From Thermodesulfobacteriota bacterium (GTDB lineage: Bacteria > Desulfobacterota > BSN033 > WVXP01 > G020346125), in assembly GCA_030145085.1 (NCBI GenBank), contig JAQYWG010000004.1, positions 1-48,480 of the forward strand: a stretch of 48,480 bases of DNA. The letters are read 5' to 3'. Under the pieces are notes generated by a model. It saw nothing but the letters and a program-made list of their open reading frames with translations, was not told the origin of the DNA and searched no databases. Position 1 is the stretch's first letter; each line of letters starts with the position of its first letter. The translations under genes and the position numbers were made by a program. This document shows, piece after piece, positions 37,916 through 47,777 of the stretch.

Positions 37916-38965
37916 TCAAAAAATCATCCAGGGAAGGGGAAGGAAAATCTTCTCGTACAGTTTAAAGGCATACCGATCCGTCATGCCTGCGATGAAATCA
38001 CTCACGCAGAGTTCCAAGGCATCGTAGAGCTCCTCCTTGACTATCTCCCTCAAGAAATTCTCTTCGTTTTCGATGAAATAATGATAAAGTTCCCCTACGA
38101 TCTTTGACGACTTGATGAAATCCCTGTGGACCTTGTCCACATCGTATACCCGATCGTAAAGGAAACCCCGCAGTTTAACCATTGCCTCCGAGATTCCCTC
38201 CGAGAGACAGAGCTCAAAGCGTGATTTCTCCAGCGTGCAGGCAATGAGATCGACCACCATGGTATTGATCCGTTGGGAGTGGGTGTATCCCAAAATCCGA
38301 GAACAGCTCTCGGGGATATCTTCATCCTTAATGATCCCTCCCCGAAGGGCATCGTCGATATCGTGATTGATATAGGCAATGATATCGGCGATCCGAACAA
38401 CCTGCCCCTCTGGGGTTACTGGCATCTCGGATAGATCTTCACATATGATCTCGCCCTTCCCCTTCGAATGCCTCAAGATCCCATCCCTGACTTCAAGAGT
38501 TAGATTCAATCCCATGCCATCCCGTTCCAGTACATCCACCACCCTCAAGCTCTGTTCTGCGTGATGGAAACCTCCCGGAACGAGCCTGTCAAGAACCTCC
38601 TCACCAGCATGGCCGAAGGGTGTGTGTCCCAGATCATGCCCGAGGGCAATGGCCTCGGTCAAATCCTCATTGAGTCGGAGGGATTTGGAGATCGTCCTGG
38701 CAATTTGAGAAACTTCAAGGGTATGGGTTAAACGGGTGCGATAGTGATCCCCGGTCGGGGCCAAGAATACCTGGGTTTTGTGCTTTAAACGGCGGAAAGC
38801 CTTGGAATGGATGATCCGGTCCCGGTCATGCTGAAAGGCAGGACGGATATCGCACTCCTCTTCTTGGACAATCCGCCCTTTACTGTTACTGCTCAAAGTG
38901 GCGAAAGGTGAAAGAAACTTCTGTTCCCGCGCCTCTAACTGCTCCCTCACCTTCAGCAGTCTCAA
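37916..38965 (-). CDS. dgt: Deoxyguanosinetriphosphate triphosphohydrolase-like protein
   Basis: [39 protein letters not shown] and DFIAGMTD; start uncertain (TTG 38965 chosen for its RBS). Confidence 0.93.
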   Translation of the reverse strand: MRLLKVREQLEAREQKFLSPFATLSSNSKGRIVQEEECDIRPAFQHDRDRIIHSKAFRRLKHKTQVFLAPTGDHYRTRLTHTLEVSQIARTISKSLRLNEDLTEAIALGHDLGHTPFGHAGEEVLDRLVPGGFHHAEQSLRVVDVLERDGMGLNLTLEVRDGILRHSKGKGEIICEDLSEMPVTPEGQVVRIADIIAYINHDIDDALRGGIIKDEDIPESCSRILGYTHSQRINTMVVDLIACTLEKSRFELCLSEGISEAMVKLRGFLYDRVYDVDKVHRDFIKSSKIVGELYHYFIENEENFLREIVKEELYDALELCVSDFIAGMTDRYAFKLYEKIFLPLPWMIF

Positions 38966-39208
38966 CCGATTCCCCTTCCCCCTTCCACTGTAGCAACCCA
39001 AGGGAATTTTGGTAACCTATCCCATGGCAAGGAACTTCCCTTCGCAGCGAAAGGCCTCGCCTCGTGAAACCCTCCGCCCGAGGAGAATTCTCCAACACCT
39101 GGAAGGGCCTAAACAGCGGCGCTCCGTTGACAATCGATCCGCTTTGGCTTAATCTGATCATTAAAATCCCTATCACAAAGCACCTCATTTTTCAACTCGA
39201 TACGTGCT

Positions 39209-40633
39209 ATGCACAAACTCCAAGAAGTAATCCAAAGAATCCATGGGGATCGAGTACTAATGCACCTTGCCTCTATCGCAAAAAGGGAAAGGGCTGAGGT
39301 TTACCTGGTTGGTGGCACCATTCGAGACCTGACCCTCGGCAGGGGCCGGCAGGATTATGATTTCGTCCTTCACCAAAGGGATATGACCTTTGTTCAGAAG
39401 CTCTGCCAAGAGCTCAAAGGCCATCTCTTCTCCATGGGAAAGGATGAGAAACAGAGGGTTTACCGAATCCTAACGGGGAATGAGATCCTCGATTTCAATT
39501 CGATAGATGGATCCACAATCCAAGAGGACCTCAATAAAAGGGACTTCACCATCAACGCAATGGCCTATTCCCTGCGTGACCATCGATTTTACTTCCATCC
39601 GGGAGCCGAGGAAGACGTCGATAAAAAGGTCATTCGCATGGTATCGTCGGAGGGGTTCCATCGAGATCCCCTTCGGATGATCAGGGGGGTTCGATACCTC
39701 TGTATCCTCGAGGGATTTCGATTGGATGAAAAGACAAAGGGGGTTATCCGTGGAAAGTCCGGCCTGGTGAGAGGCATCTCCGTGGAGAGGATAAAGATGG
39801 AAATGGACAGGATTCTCCTCTCACCAAAGCCTTTCTTGGGTATGAGGGAATTGGCCGCCCTCGGTCTACTCCCAGAGATTTTCCCCGAACTCCAGATACC
39901 CGGTGCTTTGAAACCAATGGACCTTTTCCGGTTGGATGCCTTTTCCCAGTGCCTACGATTCTTCAGGGACCTCGGCCAATGGAATGGATGGGAAGGGGAT
40001 TTGCCCTTACATACGGAGGAAATGCTTATCCTCTCCTATGTCGCCCTATTTGCCGGAATGGGAAGAATCCGGGTTACGGGTAACCAATGGGCCAGGGAAA
40101 AGTCCATCCCCCAGGAATCTCCTTCCCATTTGGCCTATGAGATAATGACCAGGATGAAATTTTCAAAACGCTTCAAGGAACTGGTAAAGAGGTTAATGGA
40201 TCATCATGCGAACTTATTGAAGCTCTCCCGATCGACGGTGGGCCAAAAGGACCTGAGGCAATTTATCCATCACGTGGGGACTCCCGTGAGGCTGCTGATC
40301 ATCTTCTCCCTCTTGGATCAACGGGCCAGCGTGGACAATGGGCTATCCCGTAAGGGCCAAAAATTGGTTCGACTTTGTCATCGAATCAAAGCCCTCTGCA
40401 AGGGGGGAAAAATCATGAACCCCCCTACCCTCATCACGGGAAGGGACGTGATGAGGCTGGGGTATGAACCCGGCCCTGTGGTGGGCCACATCCTTCATTG
40501 CGTTCGGGAAAAACAGATACGGGGGGAAATAGGAGATCGCCAACAAGCCCTCATCTTTCTTCGGGAGACCTTTGGGAAAAAGGAGGGTTCTCACACTTCG
40601 CCGCGATTCTTTGGCCCTGAGACCGAAGCGTGA
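39209..40633 (+). CDS. Class II tRNA nucleotidyltransferase, CC-adding type
   Basis: LVGGTIRD...DYDF, EDLNKRDFTINAMA and DPLRMIRGVR; flexible loop before motif B missing; HD motif degenerate. Confidence 0.8.
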   Translation: MHKLQEVIQRIHGDRVLMHLASIAKRERAEVYLVGGTIRDLTLGRGRQDYDFVLHQRDMTFVQKLCQELKGHLFSMGKDEKQRVYRILTGNEILDFNSIDGSTIQEDLNKRDFTINAMAYSLRDHRFYFHPGAEEDVDKKVIRMVSSEGFHRDPLRMIRGVRYLCILEGFRLDEKTKGVIRGKSGLVRGISVERIKMEMDRILLSPKPFLGMRELAALGLLPEIFPELQIPGALKPMDLFRLDAFSQCLRFFRDLGQWNGWEGDLPLHTEEMLILSYVALFAGMGRIRVTGNQWAREKSIPQESPSHLAYEIMTRMKFSKRFKELVKRLMDHHANLLKLSRSTVGQKDLRQFIHHVGTPVRLLIIFSLLDQRASVDNGLSRKGQKLVRLCHRIKALCKGGKIMNPPTLITGRDVMRLGYEPGPVVGHILHCVREKQIRGEIGDRQQALIFLRETFGKKEGSHTSPRFFGPETEA

Positions 40634-40750
40634 GCCTTTACCCCTCTTGCTTGCCGTCAAATCCCGATGAGCCGGGACACTTCTCAAGTTCTTATGGCTC
40701 GGCGACAATAGATTTCTCTAAAACCCGGGAAAGACCGCCAGTGCTTCTTG

Positions 40751-40780
40751 TTGACAGGAAAAAGCTCAATGGATTATAAT
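40751..40780 (+). promoter_or_regulatory. Consensus sigma70 promoter of galE-pyrE
   Basis: TTGACA-18 nt-TATAAT. Confidence 0.8.
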
Positions 40781-40821
40781 CAACAGAGTTTTTTACCTCT
40801 TAATTTACAGGAGAGCCCGGG

Positions 40822-41838
40822 GTGGGCAAGGTTCTAATAACCGGAGGAGCCGGTTATATTGGTAGCCATGTCGTAAAAAGGCTTCTTGAAAGGGGGATCG
40901 AGACCATTGTCCTCGACAACCTCCAAACGGGGCATCGGGAAGCCGTCGTTGGGGGAACATGTGTCCAAGGCGATATCGGTGATGAACGAATTCTCCAAGA
41001 GATCTTTGCCGGCCATGAAATCGATTCGGTCATCCATATGGCGGCCGACTGCCTGGTAGGCGATTCCACTAAAGCTCCATTGAAATACTTCAATAATAAC
41101 GTCAATAAGAGCCTAAGACTTTTGGGTGAAATGGTCGAGCGTAGGGTGAATAAGATGGTATTCTCCTCTTCAGCCGCCGTGTACGGGAATCCTTCTCGAG
41201 TTCCCATTGAGGAAGACTCTCCAGCGCTCCCAATAAATCCATACGGGGAGACGAAGCTCATCTTCGAGAAAATCCTCGAGAGCTGTAAGATAGCCCATGG
41301 CCTTCAATACATTTCTCTGAGGTATTTTAACGCCGCTGGCGCAGATCCCGATGGCCTCATAGGCGAGGATCATCATCCGGAAACCCACCTTATCCCTACT
41401 GTGTTGAAGGCTCTACTGAGAAAAGGGCGAAGGGTCCCTATTTTCGGGACCGATTATGACACTCCCGATGGAACCTGTATTCGGGATTACATCCATATCG
41501 TAGACATCGCCGATGCTCATATCTTAGCCCTCGAGGCCTTACATGCAGGTGAGGGGTGCGATATTTTTAACCTGGGAAATGGAAACGGCTTCTCGGTTCA
41601 ACAGATCATCCAAGCGACCTCTCAGGTGACGGGAAGGACGATACCCGTAATGGAGTCTCAACGGAGGCCTGGAGACCCACCAGTCTTGATTGCATCCTCC
41701 GAAAAGATCCGAAAAAGGTTGGGCTGGATCCCCCAGTATGGAAAATTGGAGGAGATTATCGACACCGCATGGCGTTGGCATCGCACTCACCCGCATGGCT
41801 TCAGATCCAGTGTATTGAAAAAGGGGGTAGGAGGGTGA
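40822..41838 (+). CDS. galE: UDP-glucose 4-epimerase
   Basis: TGGAGYIGSH, FSSSAAVYG, YGETK, LRYFNAAGA and DGTCIRDYIH motifs. Confidence 0.95.
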   Translation: MGKVLITGGAGYIGSHVVKRLLERGIETIVLDNLQTGHREAVVGGTCVQGDIGDERILQEIFAGHEIDSVIHMAADCLVGDSTKAPLKYFNNNVNKSLRLLGEMVERRVNKMVFSSSAAVYGNPSRVPIEEDSPALPINPYGETKLIFEKILESCKIAHGLQYISLRYFNAAGADPDGLIGEDHHPETHLIPTVLKALLRKGRRVPIFGTDYDTPDGTCIRDYIHIVDIADAHILALEALHAGEGCDIFNLGNGNGFSVQQIIQATSQVTGRTIPVMESQRRPGDPPVLIASSEKIRKRLGWIPQYGKLEEIIDTAWRWHRTHPHGFRSSVLKKGVGG

Positions 41839-42383
41839 ACTTGAGGACGCGACTTTTGCAAATCATCAGGGAGAAATCCTATGAAAAGGGGGAGATTACA
41901 CTGACCTCGGGGAGAAAGAGCCACTTCTATGTTGATGGAAAACAGACTACCTTGGACTCGGAAGGGGGGTATTTGGTGGGAAAGCTCTTTCATGAGATGA
42001 TTACGAGATCAAAAATCCCCGTTGAAGCTGTAGGAGGGCCCACATTGGGAGCAGATCCCATTGTAACCGCCATATCCATTGTCAGCTACCTGGAGGGCGT
42101 TCCGATCCCAGCCTTCATCATTCGAAAAGAGCCCAAAAAGCACGGAAAGGCCTTGTGGATAGAAGGCGACAATAACCTAAGGCCAGGGACCAAGGTAGCT
42201 GTCGTTGAAGATGTGGTGACCACGGGGGGATCCATCTTGAGGGCTATTGAGATTACGGAGGCCCAAGGATTCCGGGTTGTCCAGGTGCTGGCCCTCGTCG
42301 ATCGGGAGGAAGGGGGAAGGGAAAATCTGGCTAAGGAGGGTTACACCCTTGAGTCAATCTTTACCAAAAGGGATATCGTATGA
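41835..42383 (+). CDS. pyrE: Orotate phosphoribosyltransferase
   Basis: LTSGRKSHFYVD, IRKEPKKHG and VVEDVVTTGGS; GTG 41835 overlaps the galE stop and follows GGAGG. Confidence 0.95.
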   Translation: MNLRTRLLQIIREKSYEKGEITLTSGRKSHFYVDGKQTTLDSEGGYLVGKLFHEMITRSKIPVEAVGGPTLGADPIVTAISIVSYLEGVPIPAFIIRKEPKKHGKALWIEGDNNLRPGTKVAVVEDVVTTGGSILRAIEITEAQGFRVVQVLALVDREEGGRENLAKEGYTLESIFTKRDIV

Positions 42384-42416
42384 GATATCCCATCCGGGGA
42401 ATCCATTGATTGGGAG

Positions 42417-42671
42417 GTGAAGATGTACAAAACCAGGGTCAAGAAGGAAAAAGTCCCCGTTAAGATCCAGACCCTTCAAAACAGGATTGAGGGAAATGTC
42501 TATCTCCTGCCGAATACCCGCATCACGGACATGCTCAATCAGGAGGGTTACCATTTCATCCCCGTCACCGATGCCAAAATTTATTCCTTCAAGTCCGGAG
42601 GCCTGGTCGATGAGGCGGAATTCGTGGCCATCAATAAAAATCACGTGGTCTTGATCTTGGAAAAAAGATGA
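42417..42671 (+). CDS. Small conserved hypothetical protein (DUF6812-like)
   Basis: GGAGG RBS; I-x-G...R-I-T-D-x-L-N...F-I-P-V-T-D-A pattern; start 42417 or 42423. Confidence 0.6.
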   Translation: MKMYKTRVKKEKVPVKIQTLQNRIEGNVYLLPNTRITDMLNQEGYHFIPVTDAKIYSFKSGGLVDEAEFVAINKNHVVLILEKR

Positions 42672-42761
42672 CGCCTTTCCCCTCACCTTCGTGGCGAATT
42701 TAACCTCATAAACCCTATGAAATCCAGGAATGAAACACAATCTACTTTGAGGCGAAAGGAT

Positions 42762-43856
42762 TCAGACGTTGAACCTGAAGTGGATAATATCTCCGTCCTG
42801 GACCACATACTCCCTCCCTTCCGAACGGAGAAGGCCTTTTTCCCTGGCCGTATGTTCTGAACCACACCGGATGAAATCCTCAAAGGAAACCACCTCTGCC
42901 CGTATAAAGCCCCTTTCCATATCCGAATGAATCTTCCCCGCGGCCTTGGGAGATTGGGTGCCTTTTACCACCGTCCATGCCCTCAATTCATCGCTGACAG
43001 TGGTGAAAAAGGTTATCAGGTTCAGGACCTCATAGCCTACCTTGATCAATTGATCAAGGCCCGAGGTTTCAAGGCCCAAACTCTCCCGAAACGCATCCCT
43101 ATCTCCCTCGTCCAGTTGAGCGATCTCCGATTCCAAATCCCCACAAATAACAACCACCTGGCTTCCCTGCACCTCAGCGAGCTTCCTCACCTCCTGAACA
43201 TAGTGACCATCTCCTTTGAGCTGAGCTTCATCCACGTTGGCCACATAGAAAATTGGCTTGGCCATGAGAAGGCAAAGGTCATCGAAGATGGCCTTCCTAC
43301 TGCCTTCATATTTCAGGTCAATGGTCTTTCCCCCTCGGTTGAAAATCTCCAAAACCTCACCATAAGTCTCCAACTCTTCCGCTTCTTTCTTCCCGCCGAC
43401 TTTTACTAACCTCCCCACCTTAGCCATACGTTTCTCCACAACCTGCAGGTCGCCCAATATGAGCTCCGTTTCTACCACCTCGATATCCCTTCTGGGGTCG
43501 ATGGAACCATATTCATGGGAGACATTTTCATTATCGAAACACCGAACGATATGGGCTATTGCGTCCACATTGCGGATGTGGCCGAGGAACTGATTTCCCA
43601 GGCCCTCCCCCTTGCTGGCCCCCTTCACCAATCCAGCAATATCGAGGAATTCCAATGTGGTCGGAATCACCTTTTTGGGATGGATGAGATCGGCAATTTG
43701 GCCCAGTCGTTTGTCCGGAACGGGAACAACACCAATATTGGGCTCGATGGTTGTAAATCGATACGCCGCCACTTCAGCTCCCGCGAAGGTCAGCCCGTTA
43801 AAGATGGTAGACTTTCCCACATTTGGAAAACCCACAATGCCACACCGAAACCCCAT
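42762..43856 (-). CDS. ychF: Redox-regulated ATPase YchF
   Basis: GIVGFPNVGKST, DIAGLVKGAS.GEGLGN and YVVQDGDIIHFRFNV. Confidence 0.97.
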   Translation of the reverse strand: MGFRCGIVGFPNVGKSTIFNGLTFAGAEVAAYRFTTIEPNIGVVPVPDKRLGQIADLIHPKKVIPTTLEFLDIAGLVKGASKGEGLGNQFLGHIRNVDAIAHIVRCFDNENVSHEYGSIDPRRDIEVVETELILGDLQVVEKRMAKVGRLVKVGGKKEAEELETYGEVLEIFNRGGKTIDLKYEGSRKAIFDDLCLLMAKPIFYVANVDEAQLKGDGHYVQEVRKLAEVQGSQVVVICGDLESEIAQLDEGDRDAFRESLGLETSGLDQLIKVGYEVLNLITFFTTVSDELRAWTVVKGTQSPKAAGKIHSDMERGFIRAEVVSFEDFIRCGSEHTAREKGLLRSEGREYVVQDGDIIHFRFNV

Positions 43857-44017
43857 TTGCACCCCCTTCAGCTATCTTGGCCTCAGTCCTCCAATTCATA
43901 CGTTCGCTGATGGACTTTTGGGGACTTCGGCACGAGCAGCAAATTCTATTTTTCCTAAGCGAACGCACTTGTCTCTACGATCCAATGCTTCGGGGTCTGT
44001 TGCCCAAATTCCCTTTC

Positions 44018-44093
44018 GCTCACCCTCGATGGGTATCTCAGTTCTCCAGCAGACTACGCTCATGGACGACTATGTTCTCCAGAAACTCAGGAG
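44018..44093 (-). repeat. Left arm of the CCTGAGTTT-family element
   Basis: Reverse complement CTCCTGAGTTTCTGGAGAACA...ATGAGCGTAG...TACCCATCGAGGGTGAGC matches 27645-27719. Confidence 0.72.
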
Positions 44094-44224
44094 ACCCTGG
44101 TGGAAATATATTGTTTTCGCATAGTTATTATAATATAATCCGCATCAGTGCGAAACAAAAATGTGGGGCGAAAGAATATCAAAGGGTATCGAGGATCCTT
44201 TTAGCCAAGGCAGAGGGGGAGTAG

Positions 44225-45097
44225 ATGAGGAAGGAAAACAGGATGATGCTCGAAATTGCCTGCACCATTGCCAAACGGACAAAGGCAAAGGCCATTTTGG
44301 TCTACGTAGATGTCTGTGAGGATTACGAGGCCCTCATTAAGATGACTCAAGCCGCCAAAACTGACGTCATCGGCGTGGTCAAAGACGAATCCACCTATCA
44401 AGAGGCCTTGCCTATCATTAACAACCTGGTCAAAGTTCCCCAATTCGAACTCAGCCGAACGAGTCAGATAAAGGTTGCCGTCATAGAAGGTCTCTCCTCC
44501 GGAATCATCCAGAGGGGGGATAAACTGGTGTGCCTATCGGGAATCTCCAAGTTCGGTATTCTCGACACCCTCATCATCTTGGAGATAGGAAAGGAGCTCG
44601 AAATATTATCCACGACGGACCTTCCCGTCGTTTCCGAGGTCGTCAAGCCCGAGGTATTCGATAGAATCCTCGATATCGCCCTTGAACTATCAACCGAGGG
44701 CAGGGAGGGCAGACCCGTGGGCTCCCTCTTCGTGTTAGGGGATCACGAAGAGGTCCTCAGGTTCTCCCACCAGATGGTCATCAATCCCTTCAAGGGTTAT
44801 CCCGAAGACGAAAAGAACATCCTCGACCCCAAGCTTAAAGATACCGTTAAGGAGTTTTCAACCATTGATGGCGCCTTCATCATCAGGGAGGACGGAGTAA
44901 TCCTGGCCGCCGGAAGGCACCTCGATGCCTCCGGGGAAAAAATTGAGATGCCCATGGGTCTGGGGAGCCGACATCTGGCAGCGGCGGGGATTACCAACGT
45001 AACTCAGGCCATCGCCCTCGTCATCTCCGAATCCACCGGTGGCTTGAGGATCTTTAGCAAAGGGAAGCTGTTCATGGACATCGAACGAGGCGAGTAA
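44225..45097 (+). CDS. Diadenylate cyclase, DacZ/CdaZ-like (C-terminal DAC/DisA_N domain)
   Basis: EGREGRPVG, IDGAFII, GLGSRHLAAA and ISESTG DAC motifs; soluble N-terminal domain with no TM helices. Confidence 0.85.
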   Translation: MRKENRMMLEIACTIAKRTKAKAILVYVDVCEDYEALIKMTQAAKTDVIGVVKDESTYQEALPIINNLVKVPQFELSRTSQIKVAVIEGLSSGIIQRGDKLVCLSGISKFGILDTLIILEIGKELEILSTTDLPVVSEVVKPEVFDRILDIALELSTEGREGRPVGSLFVLGDHEEVLRFSHQMVINPFKGYPEDEKNILDPKLKDTVKEFSTIDGAFIIREDGVILAAGRHLDASGEKIEMPMGLGSRHLAAAGITNVTQAIALVISESTGGLRIFSKGKLFMDIERGE

Positions 45098-45108
45098 ACC
45101 CACCGATA

Positions 45109-47154
45109 TCACAGGAGCCCAGGAAATTTCGCTAAGACCGGTGCGAACACCAGCGCAATGATAGACATGAGTTTAATCATGATATTCAAGGAGGGGCCCG
45201 AGGTATCCTTCATCGGGTCTCCAACGGTATCGCCCACAACCCCTGCCTTGTGAGCCTCGGACCCTTTGCCCCCGAAATTTCCCTTCTCTATCCACTTTTT
45301 CGCATTGTCCCAAGACCCCCCAGCGTTTGCCATGGTGATAGCCAGGATAAATCCACTAGCGATGGCTCCCACCAAAAATCCCCCAAGGGCCAGCGGGCCA
45401 AGGATAAAACCGACGATAATAGGTGCAACCACGGTCATCAATCCCGGGGCCAACATCTCCTTGAGGGCTGCCTTGGTACAGATATCAACACACTTCCCGT
45501 ATTCGGGCTTCGCCTTCCCCTCCATTAACCCGGCAATTTCGCTGAATTGCCGGCGAACCTCGTTGATGATCGCAAAGGAAGTCCGACCGACGGCCGTCAG
45601 CGTCATGGAACAGAAAATGGCGGGCAACATAGCACCGATGAAAAGCCCCACGATTACCCTGACATCCAAAAGGCTGATCTCGGACACCTTGATTCCCGCG
45701 GCATTGGAATAAGACAACATTAAGGCAAGGGCTGTCAGTGCCGCTGCACCGATGGCGAATCCTTTACCCGTTGCCGCCGTCGTATTTCCCAGCGAATCGA
45801 GGGCATCGGTTCGCTCCCTGATCTCCGCCGGAAGCCCCGACATTTCAACGATCCCCCCCGAGTTGTCGGCCACCGGCCCATAGGCATCGGTGGCCAGGGT
45901 AATTCCCAACGTGGAAAGCATTCCAATACCGGCAATGGCTACACCGTAAACATCCGCAAAACGGTGGGCAACGAGGATGGCGATACCCACCAGAATAATG
46001 GGGGCGAAAGTACTCATGAGGCCGTTGGCAAATCCCCTCACCACCGTCGTCCCAGCCCCCGTTAATGAGGCCTCCGAGACATGTCTAGTCGGAGAATAGG
46101 CGTAGGAGGTATAGTAGTTGGTGCTCTCCCCAATGAGGACTCCGGCAACCAATCCAGCGAGTATGGCATAGAAGATTCCCAAATCGGCCTTGAGAACGTA
46201 GACAGCCAGGTATGAGAAGATGGCGGTGAGAATAGAGGCCGAGAAGGTACCACGACGAAGCGCCGTAAGCAGGGCCTCCATTTCTGGTTTATCCCCCACT
46301 CGGACCAGGAAGGCCCCGATGATGGATGCGACGATTCCACCGGAAGCCACCAGCATTGGCAGATACCATGCCACCCTCTCATCCGGAACTAAGGGCATGC
46401 CGCCTTTGATGCTGGGCAGTATGGCAATCATGGCCAGGGTGATGGTTGCGATGATGGAATCGACATAGGATTCGAAGAGATCAGCTCCCATCCCGGCCAC
46501 ATCCCCCACATTATCCCCCACGAAATCCGCTATAACGGCAGCATTTCTTGGGTCATCCTCGGGGATTCCCTTTTCCACTTTTCCCACTAAGTCCGCCCCC
46601 ACATCGGCCGCCTTGGTATAAATGCCTCCCCCCACCCTGGCAAAGATAGCAACCGAAGAGGCCCCGAACCCGAAGCCTGGGAGGATGGTCATAAAATCCG
46701 GTCGACTTCCGAAGACGAAGTAAAGGGCGCTGAGGCCAAGAATGCCGATGCTGACGACACACATCCCCATCACACCTCCACTTCGGAAGGAGACCCGAAG
46801 CCCATGGTTTAGGCTCTTTTGGGCGGCAGTGGCCGTGCGAGCGTTGGAGCGGATGGCTATATTCATCCCGATGTATCCCGCAAGGGCCGAGCAGATAGCT
46901 CCGAAGACGAAGGAAAGAGAAACCAGCCAACCCAGGCTCGGAATGAACCCCAAGATTATGGCCACAGCCACCACAAAAAGGGCCAAAATTCGATACTCCC
47001 GTCCCAAAAAGGCCGTTGCACCTTCTTGTATCGCAGCGGAAATCTCTCTCATCTTCTCCGATCCCTCATCGTTCTTCAAGACGTAGAGGACGAGAAAGAA
47101 CGCGAAAATCAACCCCAAGATTCCCGAGATAACTGCAATAAACATCTCATCCAT
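45109..47154 (-). CDS. hppA: Membrane-integral pyrophosphatase, K+-dependent, probably Na+-translocating
   Basis: GGIYTKAADVGADLVGKVE, DNVGD, GNTTAA (Ala = K+-dependent type), DLFES and GDTVGDPMKD; AAGGAGG RBS. Confidence 0.95.
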   Translation of the reverse strand: MDEMFIAVISGILGLIFAFFLVLYVLKNDEGSEKMREISAAIQEGATAFLGREYRILALFVVAVAIILGFIPSLGWLVSLSFVFGAICSALAGYIGMNIAIRSNARTATAAQKSLNHGLRVSFRSGGVMGMCVVSIGILGLSALYFVFGSRPDFMTILPGFGFGASSVAIFARVGGGIYTKAADVGADLVGKVEKGIPEDDPRNAAVIADFVGDNVGDVAGMGADLFESYVDSIIATITLAMIAILPSIKGGMPLVPDERVAWYLPMLVASGGIVASIIGAFLVRVGDKPEMEALLTALRRGTFSASILTAIFSYLAVYVLKADLGIFYAILAGLVAGVLIGESTNYYTSYAYSPTRHVSEASLTGAGTTVVRGFANGLMSTFAPIILVGIAILVAHRFADVYGVAIAGIGMLSTLGITLATDAYGPVADNSGGIVEMSGLPAEIRERTDALDSLGNTTAATGKGFAIGAAALTALALMLSYSNAAGIKVSEISLLDVRVIVGLFIGAMLPAIFCSMTLTAVGRTSFAIINEVRRQFSEIAGLMEGKAKPEYGKCVDICTKAALKEMLAPGLMTVVAPIIVGFILGPLALGGFLVGAIASGFILAITMANAGGSWDNAKKWIEKGNFGGKGSEAHKAGVVGDTVGDPMKDTSGPSLNIMIKLMSIIALVFAPVLAKFPGLL

Positions 47155-47193
47155 CTTACTCCTCCTTGTTGTTAATTTTTTCACAAAAAAAGG

Positions 47194-47754
47194 CTAATTG
47201 AATCGGGACATGGCCCTCTGTACTCCATCACAGAGAAGCGTCTCCACCGATTCGGCGGCACGGGCGATGATTTCCCCCAGCGGAATTTTCTCATCATCGC
47301 TAAAGGGTTCCAAGACGTAATCGCTGAGATTGGGATATCCCTTGGGCTTTCCGATTCCGACCTTGATCCGGACAAATCCCGAACCCCCTAAGAGGTCCTG
47401 GATTGACTCGATCCCCTTATGACCCCCGTGTCCGCCACCTTGCCTTATCTTTATCCCTCCGAAATCGATATCCACATCATCGTGAATCACGATCAAATCC
47501 TTCTCTTCCAAATGAAAAACCTCCATGATGCTGCCCACTGCCAATCCGCTCAGGTTCATGAAGATCAATGGCTTGGCCAAAATGGCCTCGTGTTCCTTGA
47601 TTAGTCCTCTGCCGAAACGGGTTTTGTATCTCCTCTCCTCCAGGTCGATTCCATTTCTTCTCGCCAATTCATCGATGACCAGAAAACCCGTATTATGTCG
47701 GGTGAACCGATATCTCCTCCCTGGGTTTCCTAAACCAACGATCAAATTCACCAA
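47194..47754 (-). CDS. pth: Peptidyl-tRNA hydrolase
   Basis: VGLGNPG..Y..TRHNTGF, FMNLSG, HDD and GGHGGHKG. Confidence 0.96.
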   Translation of the reverse strand: MVNLIVGLGNPGRRYRFTRHNTGFLVIDELARRNGIDLEERRYKTRFGRGLIKEHEAILAKPLIFMNLSGLAVGSIMEVFHLEEKDLIVIHDDVDIDFGGIKIRQGGGHGGHKGIESIQDLLGGSGFVRIKVGIGKPKGYPNLSDYVLEPFSDDEKIPLGEIIARAAESVETLLCDGVQRAMSRFN

Positions 47755-47777
47755 AAGACCTGCTTTCCCTTGTCTTC

